Sequence record: SRR31156797_5219
DNA length: 30,799 bases
Direction: 5' to 3' (one strand)
A program made the translations under genes and the position numbers. Shown piece after piece: positions 27,270-30,799 of the stretch. A model generated the notes under the pieces. That model was not told the DNA's origin. It saw nothing but the letters and a program-made list of their open reading frames with translations, and made no database searches. Position 1 is the first letter of the stretch. Each line of letters opens with the position of its first letter.

Positions 27270-28202
27270 ATGAGAGTTTTATTGATTGTATTCACATTTG
27301 CCCTTACGATTTCGGCTTTCGCTGCACCACCGGAAAAAGATGGTTTCAGCGGTTCTTTCGACTTAGGTGCTTTCGGCATGAGCAGCAACGACGCTCTTGA
27401 TGTTAATGACAAAAACGAAGACATCGACGGTATAGAGGACAGTCCTGATTCTGCCGGGAAACTTCAGGCGATAATCCTCTTTGATCTCAAATATAAAAAG
27501 AACAACAAAGTATTCCACTTCGGCACACCTATGGAAAGCGGCAAGCCTGAGCTTCTCGCCGGCTTTACTTACCTTAAAGGTGAAGCGTCATACGACATCT
27601 CGCTTGTTATAAGCCCGCTAGAGGAAAAGTGGAAAGATCCATACGTTACAGACAGAAGTGCTACAGATGCTGTATCCGCAGGTGTAAGGTTTGAAGCTGA
27701 AAATATCGCAGAATCAAACTTCAACCTCGAGCTGAGAGCTATCGGACATGATCTCGATAAGGATGTTATCGGTCAAAGATTCGACAAGATGAAACGTAAA
27801 GGGAGCACATACTCAGTCAAACTCGGGTACGGTTACGAACTCAGTCCATCAAAGAAACTCACACCATATGTTGAATACACCAGAGAAGATAGAGACGGCG
27901 AGGCGCAAAGCGGAAACGGCTACGGTCTCGGTGCTAAATATATGCAGCCTCTGGGTAAAGGACTTGTTATCCCTATGGTAAGCGCATCGACTATAACTTA
28001 CGACAAAGAGAACCCTATCTTTGACAAAACACGTAAGGATGTACAATCGAGCGCCCTTGTTATGTATCGCCTCCCAAAACCCTTCGGCTGGGAAAAGAAA
28101 CACATAATACTTCTTGGCGGTGTCTCTAACAGGCAGTCAAATATAGATTTTTACGATGCTACATCATACTTTGGCGGGGTAACATTCGGCTTCGATTTCT
28201 AA
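27270..28202 (+). CDS. Outer-membrane beta-barrel protein (DUF2860-like)
   Basis: Signal peptide ending AFA. GFSG start of the mature chain, WKDPY...RSATD motif, amphipathic strands, terminal GVTFGFDF. Confidence 0.75.
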   Translation: MRVLLIVFTFALTISAFAAPPEKDGFSGSFDLGAFGMSSNDALDVNDKNEDIDGIEDSPDSAGKLQAIILFDLKYKKNNKVFHFGTPMESGKPELLAGFTYLKGEASYDISLVISPLEEKWKDPYVTDRSATDAVSAGVRFEAENIAESNFNLELRAIGHDLDKDVIGQRFDKMKRKGSTYSVKLGYGYELSPSKKLTPYVEYTREDRDGEAQSGNGYGLGAKYMQPLGKGLVIPMVSASTITYDKENPIFDKTRKDVQSSALVMYRLPKPFGWEKKHIILLGGVSNRQSNIDFYDATSYFGGVTFGFDF

Positions 28203-28264
28203 ACAATTTAAACCCTTGATTAAAAGATAATTTTGGTATACTTTCATTCAGGGAGTTTTTAGTC

Positions 28265-29551
28265 ATGAAAAAAGTTGTTATTTTAGGCGGCGGTTTCGGC
28301 GGCCTGTCTGCTATCGCACATATCAAAAAGCAGATAAAAAAGAAGCGTGTGCAAGTTACATTAGTTGATAAAAATAACTTTTCACTGTTTACGCCTATGC
28401 TGCCTGAAGTTGTAAGCGGTAATGTCAAACCTGATAATATCGTCCTCCCACTCAGGGAGATATGCGTGAAAAACCGTGTGGATTTCGTCCGTGACGAAGT
28501 TGTGAGAATCGACAAAGCTAACAATAAAGTAATCTGTAAAGAGGGCGTGCTTGACTACGACTATCTCATTGTCGCTACAGGCTCACAGACTAACTATCGT
28601 GGGAATAAATCAGCGATAGAGAACGCCTTCGAATTCAAAAATATAACAGACGCAATCGACATTAAATACCTTCTCATCGAATACCTTGAAAAAGCGAGCA
28701 GCATGACATCTCCGGATGCGAGAAAAGCGCTACTCTCATTCTCTGTCATCGGCGGAGGGATCACTGGTGTTGAGCTTGCTTGTGAGATAAACGACTTCAT
28801 CCAAGCTAAGATCAAAAAAGAATACAAAAATATCACCACTGACGATTACAGCGTAAACATCTTTGAATATTACAAAACCATCCTCCCTTCCATCGACGAA
28901 TCACAAGCTGTCAAAGCGCAGGATATTGTGGCGAAGTCTGGTATTAATATAGTGAACAACGCAAATGTGAAAGAGATAGATGAATGCAGTATCCACTACG
29001 ACGAAGCAGGGGTTCCGAAAGTTATGAATTCAACCATCACAGTCTGGACTGCAGGTGTTATGGGGCAGGATTATCTTTGCGATACAAGCAGCAAACAAGC
29101 TCCTGACAAACGTGTTTTTATCAATCATAACCTCACCCCGCAGGAGCACGATGCAGAGAACATCTTTATCATCGGCGATAGCTGTGCATATAAGCATAAC
29201 GAGCACATACTTCCCCCCGTTGCTCCGCTCGCTATGCAGCAGGGGATAATGGCAGTTATCAACATTATGCGTGACATAAACGGTCAGCCTAAGAAAGAGT
29301 TCAGCTACTTCCATTTCGGATACCTAGTGTCACTTGGGAAAAATAACTCTGTGGTCAACCTTTTCGGATTTAAGATGCGTGGGCGTTTCGCATATTACAT
29401 ATGGAAAATGCTTTACCTTTATAAAGTCGGCATGTTTAAAAAGCAGGTCGGTGTTTTCTTCGACTGGATAATGACAGCATGGTTCGGCAACGAATCAGTC
29501 CTAATCCACGACACAAAGCATCGCTTTGATGAGAAACACAAAACTGACTAA
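28265..29551 (+). CDS. ndh: Type II NADH:quinone oxidoreductase-like FAD protein
   Basis: VVILGGGFGG, FTPMLPEV, YDYLIVATGS, VIGGGITGVELA, VWTAGV, IIGDS, PPVAPLAMQQG, C-terminal amphipathic membrane anchor. Confidence 0.85.
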   Translation: MKKVVILGGGFGGLSAIAHIKKQIKKKRVQVTLVDKNNFSLFTPMLPEVVSGNVKPDNIVLPLREICVKNRVDFVRDEVVRIDKANNKVICKEGVLDYDYLIVATGSQTNYRGNKSAIENAFEFKNITDAIDIKYLLIEYLEKASSMTSPDARKALLSFSVIGGGITGVELACEINDFIQAKIKKEYKNITTDDYSVNIFEYYKTILPSIDESQAVKAQDIVAKSGINIVNNANVKEIDECSIHYDEAGVPKVMNSTITVWTAGVMGQDYLCDTSSKQAPDKRVFINHNLTPQEHDAENIFIIGDSCAYKHNEHILPPVAPLAMQQGIMAVINIMRDINGQPKKEFSYFHFGYLVSLGKNNSVVNLFGFKMRGRFAYYIWKMLYLYKVGMFKKQVGVFFDWIMTAWFGNESVLIHDTKHRFDEKHKTD

Positions 29552-29566
29552 TCTTTTGTGCTTTCA

Positions 29567-29673
29567 AATTTTACGCCTTCCGTTGGTCGGCTGAGATAAT
29601 TAACAAAAAAGGGAGCCTAAAAAGCTCCCTTTATTTTTGTATAAATTGAGTGACCAACGGGAACGGCAAAATT
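29567..29673. repeat. Long nested imperfect inverted repeat enclosing the terminator
   Basis: CCGTTGGTC (29580-29588) / GACCAACGG (29652-29660), extended outward by GCC/GGC and AATTTT/AAAATT. Confidence 0.65.
29603..29640. terminator. Bidirectional intrinsic terminator between convergent genes
   Basis: AAAAAAGGGAGC-CTAAAAA-GCTCCCTTTATTTTT, with T-tracts on both strands. Confidence 0.85.
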
Positions 29674-29723
29674 AGGTTCTCCATCATACGGTCACAGTGT
29701 TGTGATTAGCCTGTAGGTGCTAC

Positions 29724-30704
29724 CTACTGGAAGATGGCGCCGTCAGCTATTTTTATGTATTGAAGTCTTTCAAAAGTCTGAACCTGCCTAACTTTCTTCT
29801 TAGTAGCGAGCCCGATTACGTCTTCGAGTTTCTCAACTCCTCTCTGCTTCATCCATGCCTGTAGTCCACTGTTAAGGTCAGACACTACACTCATGCCGTT
29901 CTTATAAAGAGCTGAAGTAACCTGAACAGTTTTAGCTCCGGCGAGGAGGTACTGGATAAGCATATCCTCATCGTAAACACCTGTTGTAGCGGATATATCA
30001 ACATTGCACTGTCTGCTTGAAACAGCTATCCAGCGAAGCACTCTGTAAGCATCCGAAGGCACACTGAAAGTGTGTACCGGCTCAAGTTCCAAGGTTCTTG
30101 TATTAATCTTCATATGGAAATATTTATTAAACATAGTGACGCTGTCAGCCCCTGCGAGCTGGAGTCTCTTCACCATATTAGGGATAGCTGAGAAATTTGG
30201 TCCTATCTTAACAGCGACAGGGATGTTTACAGCTTTTTTCACACTTTCCAGAACATCGAAATATCTCTTTTCTGCTTGTTGACTATCTACATCAGCGTCA
30301 AAAGGGATAAAAGCTATGTTAAGCTCTATGGCATCTGCACCCGCCTCTTCTATACTTGAAGCGAAATCCGCCCACCATTTTGTCCCTTCGCAGTTTACAG
30401 AAGCGATAACAGGAACAGAAACAGCATCAGCCGCTTTTTTAACATACTCAAGGTATTCACCAGAACCATAAACCATTGCCGCATCAGCGTTAATATAATC
30501 ATAAGCCTCTGGGTGGTAAATATCCTCCACTTCGCCTGCATCCTGCCTGATCTCCTCTTCAAAGAGTGACTTCAGAACAACTGCGCCAACACCTGCATCT
30601 TCAAGCTTGCGGAGATTATCCACATCTTTTGTCAGTGTACTGCTTCCTGCTATTACTGGGCTACTCAGATTGAGCCCCATATATTCAATTGAAATATCTG
30701 CCAT
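29724..30704 (-). CDS. Dihydroorotate dehydrogenase-like FMN protein
   Basis: YMGLNLSSPVIAGSS, GAVVLKSLFEEEI, PVIASVN, GADAIELNI, IPVAVKIGP, LLAGAKTVQVTSALY. This is the DHOD-like subfamily and lacks the canonical NxSCPN. Confidence 0.85.
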   Translation of the reverse strand: MADISIEYMGLNLSSPVIAGSSTLTKDVDNLRKLEDAGVGAVVLKSLFEEEIRQDAGEVEDIYHPEAYDYINADAAMVYGSGEYLEYVKKAADAVSVPVIASVNCEGTKWWADFASSIEEAGADAIELNIAFIPFDADVDSQQAEKRYFDVLESVKKAVNIPVAVKIGPNFSAIPNMVKRLQLAGADSVTMFNKYFHMKINTRTLELEPVHTFSVPSDAYRVLRWIAVSSRQCNVDISATTGVYDEDMLIQYLLAGAKTVQVTSALYKNGMSVVSDLNSGLQAWMKQRGVEKLEDVIGLATKKKVRQVQTFERLQYIKIADGAIFQ

Positions 30705-30740
30705 GTCTATACCTCTTGGTTTTGCAAACTATATAATATC

Positions 30741-30768
30741 TGAAAAACTCCGTCCTGAGAGTTTTTCA
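30741..30768. other. Perfect 10-bp inverted repeat (terminator or operator)
   Basis: TGAAAAACTC-N8-GAGTTTTTCA, 36 nt upstream of the DHOD-like start. Confidence 0.5.
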
Positions 30769-30799
30769 CGACGACTTGCCCGAACATGTACGGTCAAGG

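Noticed and set aside
1-30799. CRISPR array, tRNA/rRNA, IS, integrase or prophage genes
   Set aside because: No regularly spaced repeats, RNA gene signatures or mobile-element proteins were seen by eye. The remaining short ORFs in the track are antisense or off-frame shadows of longer genes.

Overview
Gene-dense chromosomal window from a flagellated Gram-negative bacterium. Gene style suggests Deferribacterales or a similar anaerobe; this is inference only. Minus strand, 1-14.8 kb: (i) a signalling cluster of a LivJ-type binding lipoprotein, a Cache/PAS histidine kinase, an HDOD protein and a truncated partner gene; (ii) a stand-alone three-gene operon with a sigma-28 promoter and CsrA-type leader, encoding a strongly divergent 666-aa flagellin-like protein and two small proteins with flagellar-regulon-like motifs; (iii) a ClC-CBS transporter; (iv) a wHTH-HATPase-STAS(DUF4325) protein with operator palindromes over its own promoter; (v) a SAM-I riboswitch-controlled metY-metX-methyltransferase operon. 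Next come an exported hypothetical protein (+) and a long minus-strand run: fmt, DUF116, htpX, rsmB, MFP, RND, O-antigen ligase. On the plus strand follow a sigma-54 two-component system with a DUF2860-like outer-membrane barrel and a type II NADH dehydrogenase-like gene, converging on a dihydroorotate dehydrogenase-like gene. No rRNA, tRNA, CRISPR array or transposase was seen. The best candidate for an undescribed system is the flagellin-like operon at 5522-8278.
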